NCBI GenBank assembly: GCA_963829055.1
Contig: CAWHHI010000011.1
Location: 160,001 to 224,000 of the forward strand
DNA length: 64,000 nucleotides
Reading direction: 5' to 3'
From: an uncultured Gemmatimonadaceae bacterium
GTDB lineage: Bacteria > Gemmatimonadota > Gemmatimonadetes > Gemmatimonadales > Gemmatimonadaceae
Shown: positions 33,000 through 44,272 of the stretch, in pieces
Layout of the letters: the number at the start of each line of letters is the position of its first letter
How positions within the stretch are numbered: position 1 is the first letter of the stretch
Notes under the pieces: model-generated
The model's database searches: none
What the model was told of the DNA's origin: nothing
The model's input: only the letters and a program-made list of their open reading frames with translations
Made by a program: the position numbers and the translations under genes

Positions 33000-33972
33000 A
33001 TGCGCTCGCTTACGAAAGCCGTGGTTCTGGTGGTTCTCCCTGCCCTTGTCGGCCTTGCTGGCTGCACCAGAGACGTTCCGACGTCGCCGGTCGCCGTGCC
33101 AACTCGGCGAGCGTGGGGACGTTTCCGGATGTCATCTCCCGGAACGGATTCGCGCCCGAGGGTATCGCGTTCGGTTCCCGGCCCGACGTTCTATGTGGCC
33201 TCGCTTGCCACAGGTGCCATCTATCGCGGTGATGCCAGAACCGGCGAAGGCAGCGTGGTAGTGCCGGCCCTGCCCGGGAGGTCGGCATGCGGCGTGAAAT
33301 ACGACCCGCGTGGAGACCGGCTGTTTGTCGCTGGCAGCGCCACCGGTCAGGCGTACGTGTACGATGCCTCCACCGGAGCGACAATCGCCGTGTATCAACT
33401 GGCCGATCCGACGGCCGGTCGACGGCCATCAACGACGTCGTCGTGTTGCACGACGCCGTGTACTTCACCGACAATTCGCGCCCCGTCGTCTACCGCCTTC
33501 CGCTCGGCCCGAACGGCGCGCTACCACCGGCCAGTGCCGTGCAGACGATTCCGTTGACTGGCGACTTCCAGTTCATCCCTGGCGGCATCAAACGGAAACG
33601 GGATCGTTGCGACTCCCGATAACCGCCATCGCATCGTCGGGAACACGTTCGGCGGAGCGCTCGACGCTCGTCGACCCGCTGACCGGACATGCGACCACGA
33701 TCGACGTCGACGGCAACGTGCAATTCGGCGACGGGCTCCTGCTGGTCGGTCACACCTTGTACATGGTTCAGGGTCGGTTCAACCGGATCGCTGTCGTCCA
33801 GATGAACGCGGACTTTACGAGCGGAACGGTTGAACGGACGCTCACGAGCGCGGCGCTGGCGTTCCCATTGGCGATCGCGCTCTTCGGCGGCTCGTTATAC
33901 GCGGTCAACGCGCGGTTCAACGTCCCGCGGGGCCCGTCGGTCGAGTACGACGTGATTCGCGTGCAGCGGTGA
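33000..33972 (+). CDS. SMP-30/gluconolactonase-like beta-propeller lipoprotein, frameshifted
   Basis: AGGAG RBS, LAGC lipobox, PEGIA, INDVV, YFTD, GDGLL, YAVNARF. Confidence 0.8.
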
Positions 33973-34042
33973 CGCTCGATAGCGCCTTCCGTTGAGGCGC
34001 GAGCGAAACGGGATCGAGAGTGGTATCGAAGACGCGAACAAG

Positions 34043-34070
34043 AACGCCACAAGCGCGCGCTTGTGGCGTT
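34043..34070. terminator. 28-bp perfect palindrome, probable terminator
   Basis: AACGCCACAAGCGCGCGCTTGTGGCGTT downstream of the propeller gene. Confidence 0.65.
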
Positions 34071-34129
34071 TCAGCGAAACCGATCAGGGCGGCGGTACTT
34101 GAACCCGCGGCCCCTCACCCCCATAGGCG

Positions 34130-34450
34130 GACGGGCACCGCGAGGTTGCGGAAAACCAAGGCCGCGGACGAGCAATTTCCACCGCGGGTCGCCGTGAAGC
34201 GTTTCGAAGGCAGGTGGAATGGCGATGGCATCGAGAACCGGCGCTCGGCGCGCATATCCGCGATCCGACCAGAGGAAGGCTCTATCGGCGTCCGCGAGCG
34301 CGGCGTATGTCATTGCGACGCTCACCGGTGAAGGTACCGGCGCGACGCCGATTGCAGCAGCCGCCGAGTATGTCTCGCGCCGCACGCTGATTGAGCCACG
34401 CACCAGCAGTCGCGATGCCGGTCGATAGTCAGGCCCATGTTCTGGCGCGA
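34130..34450 (-). pseudogene. C-terminal shard of TPR-tailed kinase/regulator
   Basis: VAMTYAALADADRAFLW..PAFETLHGDPRWKLLVRGLG resembles the kinase tails in this window; bounds approximate. Confidence 0.65.
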
Positions 34451-34588
34451 GCGCGCCTAACGTGGGCTACCATTAGAGCCGGATCGCGAGCACGCAACGC
34501 CGGCCGCGCAATCGAGCGCCGGTGTCGCAGGCTGTACGTGCCTTGTTGCGCGTGCCAGCGACTACGGGTCGCCACATTCGGACGGCGC

Positions 34589-34895
34589 TCATTCGGCGCG
34601 AATCGCCACCAGCGGGTCCACCACCGCAGCCTTCCGCGCCGGAATCCATGACGCGAGCGCCGCCACCCCTACGACCACCAGCGCGATCGCCACGCCAACC
34701 AGCGGCATGTTGATCGTCACTTGTTCGCCGAACCGCGACACGATCACGTACAACGCGGCGACGCTCAGGGGCAGGCCAAGCACGACACCCAGCATGCTGA
34801 GTCGGACGCCGCTCATGAAGAACATGCGGATGACCTGGCGCGGACGCGCCCCGAGCGCGACGCGGACGCCGATCTCTCGGTGTCGCTGGGCGCAC
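34589..34895 (-). pseudogene. C-terminal shard of FtsX/ADOP ABC permease
   Basis: REIGVRVALGA..SWIPARKAAVVDPLVAIRAE; no upstream body. Confidence 0.82.
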
Positions 34896-35139
34896 CGCGA
34901 GGGCCACCAGTGGAGGGCGCATTTCCAGGTAGTCCCGTCAAGTCCCGAGAAACCGCCGCTCCCTGTGGCTGGCGTCTGGCTGATCGTCTATACTCCCATG
35001 AAGGGATTCCCGACCCGGCGGCGACGAATAGCTCCGGCAGAGCGTTCATTCGTACAGCGTCCGGGCCCCGCGCCTAACGTTGCGTCCCGGATGCGAGAAC
35101 GGCCACCGTCGCTCGTACGCCTCACGAGTCGTTCCAGCT

Positions 35140-35535
35140 ATGCCGGCACTGATGGGTCCGCAGTGGCGGTGGGCGCGTGTCGCGACGGTGGCCGTTCTCG
35201 TCGGCCCGGCTGGTTGCGACGATTATGGCGGCGGTCCAACAACGCCAACCGCGACCCAGCACGTGCTCCGCGTGCAGGCGAGCGATGCCGGTTCGGGGAC
35301 TGTCACCTCCCCGAATGCGTCGCCGCAGATCTCGTGCACGATCACGGCCGGCGCTCTGTCAGGAACATGCGGGGTCGCCTACCCCAACAACTCGGCGGTG
35401 CAGCTGGTCGCCACGCCTAACGGTGCATCGACATTCACCGGATGGAGCGGGGGCTGCACGGGGACGGACCAATGCGTGGTAGACATGTCGCAGGAGCGCA
35501 CGGTAGTCGCCTCCTTCGCGCGGGCTAGCCAGTAG
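35140..35535 (+). CDS. small lipoprotein with InlB B-repeat-like domain
   Basis: AGC lipobox; GSGTVTS..VQLVATP..FTGWSGGC..TVVASF. Confidence 0.78.
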   Translation: MPALMGPQWRWARVATVAVLVGPAGCDDYGGGPTTPTATQHVLRVQASDAGSGTVTSPNASPQISCTITAGALSGTCGVAYPNNSAVQLVATPNGASTFTGWSGGCTGTDQCVVDMSQERTVVASFARASQ

Positions 35536-35893
35536 GAGGTAGGTCGTGTGGCGCGGAATTGCAGCGACCATCGCGGCACTTGCGCGCCTACGGTCGAGTG
35601 GGGCTACGGCCGGACTGCTTGCGGCTCGTGATGTCGGCAACCGTTCCCGCCGCACGGTACGGTCGACCAGCGCGTCGTAAAAGAAGCTTCCGCGACCAGC
35701 GATCCAACGGAGCACCGGCGTCGGCTCGGCGCGGAATTCGTGGGCGTACCGACGCGCTCGTCGCGCGCCCGGTCGATGGCGGTGGGAATCAACGCGGCTC
35801 GGTCGTCCGGATGAACCTTGGCGAAGAACTCGGTCGGTCACCAGAAAACCCGCCGGGCTTGTAGCCAAACATTATTGTGAACGTCCGACCATG

Positions 35894-36545
35894 TCATCCG
35901 GTTGGCAAATCCCAGTCCCACGTGCCGGTCTGCCCGGCAGCGAGCGCACTCTGCAGCCGTTCCCGCGTACGCTCGAGCTTCTCCATGTGTCCGGCAACAG
36001 CGGCACGTGCCTGCGCCTCGTCTGCCGAGGCATCGGCCAGAATGAGATTCGCGAACAGGGCAGCGGCGATTGCTGCGAGTGTGCCGAGCGCCAGCAATAC
36101 CAAGGTGCGACGCTGTTCCGACTCGGCCGCCGCCACCCGTGCGGCGAGCGCTCGCGCTTCTTCATCGGAGATCGCCTGCTCGACGCGGCGAATCTCGTCC
36201 ATCAACACGCGACCGCGGCCGGTTTCGATGCGCGCGATGGCCGAATCGAGCCCGAGGCTACGGCGAACTTCGACGGTCGAGTCCATGAACGCGATGCTGG
36301 CCCGTGCCAGTGTCGTCAACGTGTCGAGACGAGCCTGCCGCGTCGCGTTCGCGCGCGTCAGCTGGCGGATACTCGCGAGTCGACGAATCGAGGAAGGGTC
36401 GCCCGCTCACGAACGGCGCGAGGTATACTGGACGCCGGGTGAGAAGGAACCCTCGTTGGCCGGCCTCGGGCACCGCGAGGTACGCAAGGAAGGTCGCCGT
36501 TTCCGCGCGGACTTCGTGTGCGTGTGCGTCCAACACGATGGTCGT
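35894..36545 (-). pseudogene. CHASE3 sensor kinase remnant
   Basis: EAGQRGFLLT, GRVLMDEIR, TM, then start of PAS (GTWDWDL) and stop; no kinase core. Confidence 0.72.
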
Positions 36546-36630
36546 TCGCTCGCTCGGTCGCGCCGTTGGCTCGGAGCGGCCGGGCGAGCGCCGGCTTGAA
36601 CCACGGTGCTCGTCGATCGCCCCCTCGATC

Positions 36631-38646
36631 TCAACGTAGATCCATCGCCGGGTTCCTCGTGAAGAATCCCACCGGCAACAGGGAGAAGCCGACGTGCGCT
36701 ACGGGCATGACTGGCCAGTCCTCAGGGCGCGGGATGTGTGTCACACCAGTGCTATACCACGTGACGACGTCCTCGTTCTCCACGCTCTCGTTGTCGCTGA
36801 TCCATTGAGGGAGGCCGTCACCGCCGCGACTCTGGTTGGGGTAGTAGCCGGCCGCGTTCATCTCGTCCGGCTTGTACCGCGTCACCCAGAAGTGATGATC
36901 GACGAACCCCGCGCGCTGCCGCAGCCGCGATCCAGGGAGCGAGTACGGCACCGAGTTGTCGCCAGGAACGAGGACGAATCCCGTCGGCGCACCTAACGAG
37001 TTCTTCACGGTGGGGTTGACCACCATCCATTTGCGCGCCTGCGGCAGATCGAGATCGCGGCCGGCGGTCTTCTCGTCCTTCAATACCGCTTGCTCGATGC
37101 GGAACGCGTTTCCGTCGGGGTTCACGTCCCGGTTGGTCTCGGGCAGCGCGTTGATCTCGACGACGGAATTCTTCTGTCCGTCGACATCGAAATCGAGCCG
37201 GAAGTTGAAGAAGTGCTGGTGATGCGGCGCGGACACGTATGGCGCGACCAGATGCGCCCCATCCATGGTGTGGCCCGAGCTGTCACTGCTCATCGACGTC
37301 AGGGTCACGCCCTTCGAGAGCATGATGCCGGTGAGGTCGGCCTGCATCTGCATGCTTCCGTCCTGACGGAAGATCCAGTTGATGCCGTAGTCGTAGTTCC
37401 CTACGCCCGCCAGATACCCAATGACCAGCTCGCGTCCGCGACGACTCTCGGTGTGATCGACGTTGATGTCGAAGTGCTTCCAGAGCAGTCCCCCGTCGCG
37501 TTCGTAGATCGTCACCACGCCCTTGGCGGTGTAGGCCTTCCCGAAATCGTCGGCGAAGTCCGCATTCATGAACGTCGCGTTGTCGGGCGCATCCTTGCCG
37601 GGGATCAGGTAGCTCGCGAGCCGACCGATCCCGTATTCGCCCACGTCGAATGCGTTCCGCCAGGACCACGACTTGTCCTTGTCGCCGTAGGGGACGACCA
37701 TCTCCGAGAGCGACGCGCGGTACAGAATCGGCCGGACCTTTCCGCCGTCTTCATAGCCCACCGTGTACAGGACGAGCCCTTCACGCGGATGGAGCGCATA
37801 GCGAAAGCGCCATTTCTGCCAGCGGATCTCGTTTCCGCGTATCTGGAAGTCGGCGCCGTTCGGCTGGGTGATCCTGAGCGGCTTGAGCGCGGCGCGTAGC
37901 GCCCCGGCATTCTTCGCCTCGAGTTGCGCCGCGTCTTTCGAGATCGGCACCACGCCGCGGTCGACGAACTCGACGACCTTTCGCTGGTTCATGTCGACGA
38001 CAATGTCCAGGCCCTCGATCGGTCGGGAATAGACACTCGACGTGGCATTCGTTCGATCGAAGCTCAGGGCCCTGATCAGACGCGGCCCTTCGGCTGTCGT
38101 TAGGCCGACTGTTCCCGGCGCCCAACCGTCGACGTGAACCCGGCTCAAGTCCGTAAAGCCGCGCCGCTTCATGGCGTCCTGCCAGCGAGGATCGGCCTTC
38201 ACGATCTCGGGAGCACTCGACAGCTCCTCGACGAGAAAGCCCGGCTGCACGCCGGGCATCTCTTTCCACGACGAAACCGACGCAGCCTTGAGGTCCGCGA
38301 CAGCTTCGAACGTCTTGTTCGTCGCGCGATCGTAGACGACGGCGAACGCCTCGCGGCGAAACAGGGCGCCTTGGCTGTACGCGAGGACCTCGTCCTTCGG
38401 CGGCTCCTTCAGAACGACGATCGGAAAGAGCGCACCCTTGGGGAAACGATCCGCAGCCTGGATGATCTTGACCGCAGCCGCGATCTCGCCACGGTTGAGC
38501 GGATCGAGCGGGTGCGCGACGCTCGGTGCGGATTTTGAAGGCTTGGCCGAGCCGCTGGCGGCGGGCCGTTGGGCCTGAAGCGCGGACCCCGCGACTGGGA
38601 TCGCGAGCGAAATCAGTGCGGCGACTGCCAGCGGTGTGATCTTCAT
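36631..38646 (-). CDS. tynA: copper-containing primary amine oxidase, secreted
   Basis: HPLDPL start, NYDY topaquinone motif, HQH and MPVAH copper ligands, HIPRPEDWP. Confidence 0.95.
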   Translation of the reverse strand: MKITPLAVAALISLAIPVAGSALQAQRPAASGSAKPSKSAPSVAHPLDPLNRGEIAAAVKIIQAADRFPKGALFPIVVLKEPPKDEVLAYSQGALFRREAFAVVYDRATNKTFEAVADLKAASVSSWKEMPGVQPGFLVEELSSAPEIVKADPRWQDAMKRRGFTDLSRVHVDGWAPGTVGLTTAEGPRLIRALSFDRTNATSSVYSRPIEGLDIVVDMNQRKVVEFVDRGVVPISKDAAQLEAKNAGALRAALKPLRITQPNGADFQIRGNEIRWQKWRFRYALHPREGLVLYTVGYEDGGKVRPILYRASLSEMVVPYGDKDKSWSWRNAFDVGEYGIGRLASYLIPGKDAPDNATFMNADFADDFGKAYTAKGVVTIYERDGGLLWKHFDINVDHTESRRGRELVIGYLAGVGNYDYGINWIFRQDGSMQMQADLTGIMLSKGVTLTSMSSDSSGHTMDGAHLVAPYVSAPHHQHFFNFRLDFDVDGQKNSVVEINALPETNRDVNPDGNAFRIEQAVLKDEKTAGRDLDLPQARKWMVVNPTVKNSLGAPTGFVLVPGDNSVPYSLPGSRLRQRAGFVDHHFWVTRYKPDEMNAAGYYPNQSRGGDGLPQWISDNESVENEDVVTWYSTGVTHIPRPEDWPVMPVAHVGFSLLPVGFFTRNPAMDLR

Positions 38647-38709
38647 AGTCAGGAGACTCGGGAAGCTTCCGACATGGGGTTCGTCGCCTTCCTTGCGGAC
38701 CACTCCCAA

Positions 38710-40266
38710 TTAGCGATCGGGTGCCGCCCCTTTCCGCGTCAGCTGGGCGTACGACGACATGGCCCCGGTCAGCGGATCGTCGGTCGTCATCGCCGCGGCC
38801 CACCCGCGCAGCGTATCACCCTGCAGAAGCAGCCCCACGCCCACGTTGTGCGGGAAGCGGCGTGCCTCCTCGCTCGGGATCGTCCCGGCGAACTGACCGT
38901 TCAGCATCCGGTTGCGGAACGTCGGCGCGTTCAGCACCGTCCACAGCGCATCAGTCCCGCCGAGCCTAACGTGGATGTCGTCGGCCTTGACGAGGAGCGC
39001 GATTGGCGTGGTGGCGCCGTCATACGTGCGGACCGTCCCCGTCCACTCTCCGGTCAGTTCCGCCGGACTGGCAAAGGCGACCGTCGGCGTGGGCGGTCGC
39101 CCGGGCGTTGGCGCCTTGTATCCGGGAAGCACTGCGGCGGCAATGTCGAGCGCGACGCGATGGGGAGCCGCGCCGCCCGTGTTCGCCAGCGCGACAATGA
39201 CGACGTTGTGCTCCGGGTACAGCTTGAGGGTCGTCGCCACGCCCGGCATCCCACCTGTGTGCGACACGACTCGCATGCCTTGCTCGTTGCCAATCAGCCA
39301 GCCAAGCCCGTAGCCGCTCGTCGTGTCGCCCGGCGTGGCGCGCCGGTGCATGGCGTCGAGCGTGGAGTCTTTCAGCACCGGACGCTGGTCCTTGAGATGA
39401 TCCTCGAGGTGGAACATCCCGAAGCGCACGAGCTCGTGCGCGCTCGTGTACACTGCGGACGCCGCCCAATGATCGAAGTCGTAGAACGCGATCGGCTTCC
39501 CCTGCGCCGTGTACCGCACGGCCGAATTGGCGATCCCCGCGCCGGTCCCGATCGTGGTGGTCGTCATGCCTAACGGCTTGAAGACCTCGTCCCGCATGAA
39601 CTCCTCGTACGGTCGCCCGGAGACCTTGGCGATGATTTCCTCGAGCACGCCGTAGCCGAGGTTGGAGTAGTTGTAGGTGGCGCCAGGAGGATAGACGGTG
39701 ATCGCGTACCGGGTGATCGCCTCGTCCATCAATGGCCGGGTGACCGATCCACCCTCGTAGAAGAAGCGGTAGTGCAGCGGCAATCCGGCGGTGTGCGACA
39801 TCACCCGCCTAACGGTGGCGTCCGACGCCGAGCCGGCGAGGCCGGTGATCTTGGCCGCGCCCAGATAGTCGTTGGCGGGGCGGTCGAGGTCGATCTTGCC
39901 CTGCTCCACGAGCTTCATGACGCCCGTCGCGGTGATCGGCTTGGAGATCGACGCCATCGAGTACAGCGTGGTCGGCGTTGCGGCCACCCGGCGCTCGACG
40001 TCGGCGAAGCCGAAGCCTTCCTCCCAAATGATTCGGCCGTTCCTTGCCACCGCGACTGCAATGGACGGCGTCCTGGTCGAGTCCATCACGCGGCGGATGT
40101 GGGCGCGAAGGGAGTCGAGCGCCACGGCCGGTATGCCGGCGTCCTTTTGAGCCGCACTCGCGCGCTGGGCGGAGAGCGGAGTCGCCGGCATCAGCGGAGC
40201 GGCGACAGCACTCGCGAGCGCGAGGATCAGAAAGCGCGAAGCCACGCGCCGTTTGGGAATGAGCAT
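38710..40266 (-). CDS. serine hydrolase, beta-lactamase/AmpC-like family
   Basis: SISK, YSN, HTG motifs; signal peptide. Confidence 0.93.
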   Translation of the reverse strand: MLIPKRRVASRFLILALASAVAAPLMPATPLSAQRASAAQKDAGIPAVALDSLRAHIRRVMDSTRTPSIAVAVARNGRIIWEEGFGFADVERRVAATPTTLYSMASISKPITATGVMKLVEQGKIDLDRPANDYLGAAKITGLAGSASDATVRRVMSHTAGLPLHYRFFYEGGSVTRPLMDEAITRYAITVYPPGATYNYSNLGYGVLEEIIAKVSGRPYEEFMRDEVFKPLGMTTTTIGTGAGIANSAVRYTAQGKPIAFYDFDHWAASAVYTSAHELVRFGMFHLEDHLKDQRPVLKDSTLDAMHRRATPGDTTSGYGLGWLIGNEQGMRVVSHTGGMPGVATTLKLYPEHNVVIVALANTGGAAPHRVALDIAAAVLPGYKAPTPGRPPTPTVAFASPAELTGEWTGTVRTYDGATTPIALLVKADDIHVRLGGTDALWTVLNAPTFRNRMLNGQFAGTIPSEEARRFPHNVGVGLLLQGDTLRGWAAAMTTDDPLTGAMSSYAQLTRKGAAPDR

Positions 40267-40529
40267 GGGGCCCGTCAGTCGTTTGAGATGGGGGAATGTT
40301 AGCGCCCAGTCCGTCGAGTGACGAGGGATCGTTGCCGGGCGAGAGAACCACCCCCTCCTGATTGCGGCCAGACCGCTTCCACAAGGGCTCGCGACCACCT
40401 TTATTCCCGTGTAGGGCGCCGCTCGCAACGTCCGTCGCCGCACCCGTGGAACAGCGAGTGTCCGGCGGAGACGCGCATCGCGGCGCGGCGACACGAGCGG
40501 CAGCCTAACGAGTCTACGGGAGGTGAGGC

Positions 40530-40736
40530 GTGGACAGCTTCTCGGGATGGGAACGGAGCAAGCTCGACCAGCTCGTCGAACTGCAATCGCGAACCATCGA
40601 GCTGGTGGGGATGGTACTGGCGACGCCGGCTCCGCCAGAAACGAAAGTCGCGGAAGCGGCGGAGCTCATCCGGCACTTTCGGGAGCTGAGAGACACGCTG
40701 ACCGAGCAAGCGACAACGCAGGGGCGCTCGCCGTGA
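40530..40736 (+). CDS. small hypothetical protein
   Basis: GGAGGTGAGG RBS before GTG; helical composition. Confidence 0.55.
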   Translation: MDSFSGWERSKLDQLVELQSRTIELVGMVLATPAPPETKVAEAAELIRHFRELRDTLTEQATTQGRSP

Positions 40737-40790
40737 TGGAGTCGCCGGGTTGACTGTGCCTGCGCCTAACGCTGTGGCTTCGGCGTTCGT

Positions 40791-41159
40791 TTATGCGGCC
40801 TGCACGGCAGACTCGGCTGCGGACCGGCGGACGAAGGTGCGGCCCACTCGCTTTGATCGAATCCAATACGCCGTCCACGCGAAGGACACCAGGAATGTCT
40901 CGACGTGTGGCCGATTGGTGTCCAATGCCGCGACGCCCGTAGCCACCACGAACGCGATCCAATACGTGCGCGCGTACCGCGGCCACTGAAGAGCCAACAT
41001 CACGCCGCCGAGGAACAGGCCGGCGAGAATGGGCACCAGCAGCGCGCGCTGGAGATCTGCGGCACTGACGCTCCGAATCCCAACCGCTGCGGCGCCTGTC
41101 CCGACCGCGATGGCCCCAAGGACAAAGACGACCAGCCGCCCTCTTATGTGTGGAAGCAT
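40791..41159 (-). CDS. small membrane protein, DUF2569-like
   Basis: 4 hydrophobic segments, WTAYWIRSKRVGRTF. Confidence 0.55.
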   Translation of the reverse strand: MLPHIRGRLVVFVLGAIAVGTGAAAVGIRSVSAADLQRALLVPILAGLFLGGVMLALQWPRYARTYWIAFVVATGVAALDTNRPHVETFLVSFAWTAYWIRSKRVGRTFVRRSAAESAVQAA

Positions 41160-41293
41160 CGTACCATTGGAACGAAGGACCGAATTTGCTCGCCTGCACT
41201 ACCAGGCGATCGGCTCGTATCCATCGCCCGACGAAGGACGGCCGACCCGTGTGGCTAGTCACGACGCGCATGCATCATCACATCGGCTGAACG

Positions 41294-41560
41294 ATGAGCG
41301 CGAAGAAGGACGGCATGGCGAACATTGGCGGCTTTCTGGCGGTGAACGACCCGGACCTCGCCCTCCGCTCTCGAACGCGGCTCGTGCTCACCGAGCGCCC
41401 AGCCGACTTGGAGCTCGTGCAATTGGCATTCCCTCGTCGCGTATACACGTAGAGCCACGTGGACTACGTCGCCGAGGTGGTGTTGCACGTCGGCTCGCGG
41501 CGGTACGCGCACAGCTGCTGGATCGTTAACGGCATGACGCGGTGTGGGGCTTTACCGGAC
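41294..41560 (+). pseudogene. tnaA: tryptophanase/tyrosine phenol-lyase remnant with internal deletion
   Basis: [24 protein letters not shown] joined in frame to [20 protein letters not shown]. Confidence 0.85.
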
Positions 41561-41783
41561 ACACCGCACCCGAATGTGCCGACAGCGGCGGCGCACCAGC
41601 GCTCGTAACATCAAACGCGGAAGGATTCCCCCCACGTTTTCGGCGAAGGACTGACTCTATGCGCACGCGTCATGACCCGACCAATCTCGACCACGTCGCA
41701 TTCATCGGCGTCGGCATTGGTATCGTTGGCTGGATTCTCAAGCTTCTGCTTGCCTGACGCGGGCTGTGCTGTATGGCCCTTGC

Positions 41784-42881
41784 CTAACGCAGCAACGTGC
41801 TACCGCCGGCGGCCGACGCCGCGCTGGATGAGGATGCGACCAACCCCAACCGAGCATCAACCACCCGCTCGGCCGCATCCTGCGCCGAGATCCCTTCCTT
41901 CTCCGCGCGACGGAGGACCTCCACCGACGATTCGAAGATCGACTCCACCGCCGCGTCCGTCTGAGCATCGGTCCAACCGGCGAGCACCCGGCACAGATAG
42001 ATCGCCCCGCCCGCGTTCGCGATGAAATCCGGCACGTACGTGATTCCCCGTGCGCGCAACGCGTCGCCGTCCCGGTTTGTTTCCAGCTGATTGTTCGCCG
42101 CCCCCGCGACTGCGCGAACCCGTAGCCGCGGGATCGTTCTCGCGTTCAACGTCGCCCCCGTAGCGCACGGAGCGTAGACGTCCGCTTGCGCCTCGTAAAT
42201 GTCATCGGGCGGAAGCGACGTCGGCCTCACATTGCGCGGCGACCGCGGTGGCGCGGTCCTCGGACACATCGCACACGATCGGCCGAGCGCCCAGCGCGTA
42301 CAGTTGGAGCGCGAGCGCCTTACCCACGTGGCCGCACCCCTGCACCGCCACGCGTACGCCGCGAAGGTCGCGACTCGATGTCCTCAGACGTACTGCGCGG
42401 CCTCGATCGCGCACACGACACCGCGCGCAGTCACCGGCGACGGGTCGCCGAGCTCGTTGGGCAGCCCCGTCACGTGCGTGGTCGTCTCGCGAACGATCAC
42501 CATGTCCTCGGGACCCGTACCGATGTCCACCGACGTCACATACCGACCCTTCAACGATTCCACGGCGCGGCCGTGCGCACGCAACAGCGCGGCGCGGTCG
42601 TAGCCGTTAGGTGGCTGGAGAATCACACTCTTCCCGCCGCCGAGTGGAATGTTCGCGGCCGCGCATTTGTACGTCATGCCGCGCGCGAGACGAAGCGCAT
42701 CCGTGAGTGCGGCATCGTCGTCGGCGTAGGGCATGAGTCGAGTGCCGCCGAGCGCAGGGCCGCACCGCGTGTTGTGGATGGCGAGGAAGGCGCGGTACGA
42801 AACGTCAGGATCGGTTGCGAGCCACACTTCCTCGTAGCCGACGACGCGCGGAGAGTCCAGTTTGGTGAGTCGGAGTGACAT
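41784..42881 (-). CDS. Glu/Leu/Phe/Val dehydrogenase (leucine-dehydrogenase-like), frameshifted
   Basis: GPALGGTR, GMTYK, GGGKSVI, VAVQGCGHVG, GAANNQL, PDFIANAGG. Confidence 0.93.
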
Positions 42882-42951
42882 GCGGTGGTTTCGGGATGGT
42901 GGCGGGGTATTCTAGGCAGCGGGACACGGACAGCGCCAATGCAGAGTATCA

Positions 42952-44200
42952 ATGACAGCGACAGCAGCGCACCTTGACCTCGACCACCTGTTCGCCGACG
43001 ACGCGATCAGGGACCCGTACTCGTTCTTCGGACGCTTACGCGAGATCGACCCAGTGCACTGGAACGCGCGACACGAGCTCTGGATCGTCACGCGGCACGC
43101 CGACGTCGTATCGATCGTGCGCGACCACGAGAGCTTCTCCTCGGCGGTGATCAAGTCCGATACGCGAGCCGCCATATCCGCCGCTCGACGACGATGGCCT
43201 AACGCGGCTCGACGAAGTGCGGCGTTTTCGCGGGGCGCAGCTCGTCGAACAGGATCCACCGCGCCACGGCAACATGCGGCGCCTGCTGCACCAGTACTTC
43301 ACCGCCGCGGCCATCGAGAAGTGGCGGCCCTTCATTCGCTCGGCGGTCGCGGAGCTGCTCGACGAGCTCGAGTCCGGCGCGACGATCGATGTCATGACGG
43401 CGCTCGCGGCTCCCCTACCGGTGCGCGTGATCGCGCATCTCATGGACGTGCCCGCGGCGGATCGCGCGCAGCTCCGAGAGCTCGCCGACAAGCTCCTCTA
43501 CATCAATCGCGGTGAGCCGAATCGATTCGCCACGCTCGTCGCAGGGATCCGCGGGATCCTCGATTACACCGCACCACTGGCTGAGCAGCGCCTGCACGAG
43601 CCCGGCCGCGACTTCATCTCGGTCCTGGCCGAGGGCGAGCGTATCGGAGTCATGGACCGCTACGAGTTGCTCGTCAACTGTGCGCTCCTCTTGTTTGCCG
43701 GACACGAGACCACGGTGAACCTGATCGGGAATGGCATCCTCGCATTCATTCGCAATCCTGTCGAGTGGGAGAAGCTGCGCGCGAACCCCGAGCTCGCGCG
43801 ACGCGCAACGGAGGAGTGCCTGCGCTTCGATCCTCCGGTGAAATCGACGCAGCGCATCGCGACGCGGGACGTCGCGGTGGGCGACCGAACGATTCGGCAG
43901 GGCGAGCGACTGCGCTGGATCATTGCCGCCGCGAACCGGGACCCGGACGCGTTCCCCGACCCTGACCGGTTTCGCATCGACCGGCACCCGAATCCGCACG
44001 TGTCGTTAGGCGTCGGGATCCACTTCTGCCTCGGCGCCGCCCTCGCGCGCGTGGAGGGCCAGGAGATCTTTCGTGGGCTGGCCGAGCGGGTGTCGTCGTT
44101 CCGGCTGGAGACCGTGGCGCCCGAGTATCAACCGAGCATCCAGTTCCGGTCGCTGCGGGAGCTGAGGGTAGCGATGACCCTGGCCGCTTCCACGCGGTAA
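42952..44200 (+). CDS. cytochrome P450 (frameshift ~43170)
   Basis: DPPRH, AGHETT, EECLR, ANRDP, HVSLGVGIHFCLG. Confidence 0.96.
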
Positions 44201-44272
44201 CATCCAGCCCGAGCCTCTGAGCAACACAATGATTTACCGCATCACCGAGCGCGTCTGTCGCGCTCCATCCAT

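Noticed and set aside
11762..33972. Frameshifted genes as pseudogenes or programmed frameshifts
   Set aside because: Single-base indels are dense, clustered and not accompanied by nonsense codons or motif decay; most consistent with long-read error
26575..39575. Octamer as a systematic basecalling error of CGTTCGGC at a modified site
   Set aside because: Conserved motifs need Leu at these copies (ALGSGSD, FKPLGM, FDLTLP) and unaltered CGTTCGGC still occurs (e.g. near 1507, 19223); accurate reads would settle it
38710..40266. Antibiotic-resistance beta-lactamase
   Set aside because: SxxK/YxN/HTG are shared by the broad serine hydrolase family; activity cannot be assigned from sequence
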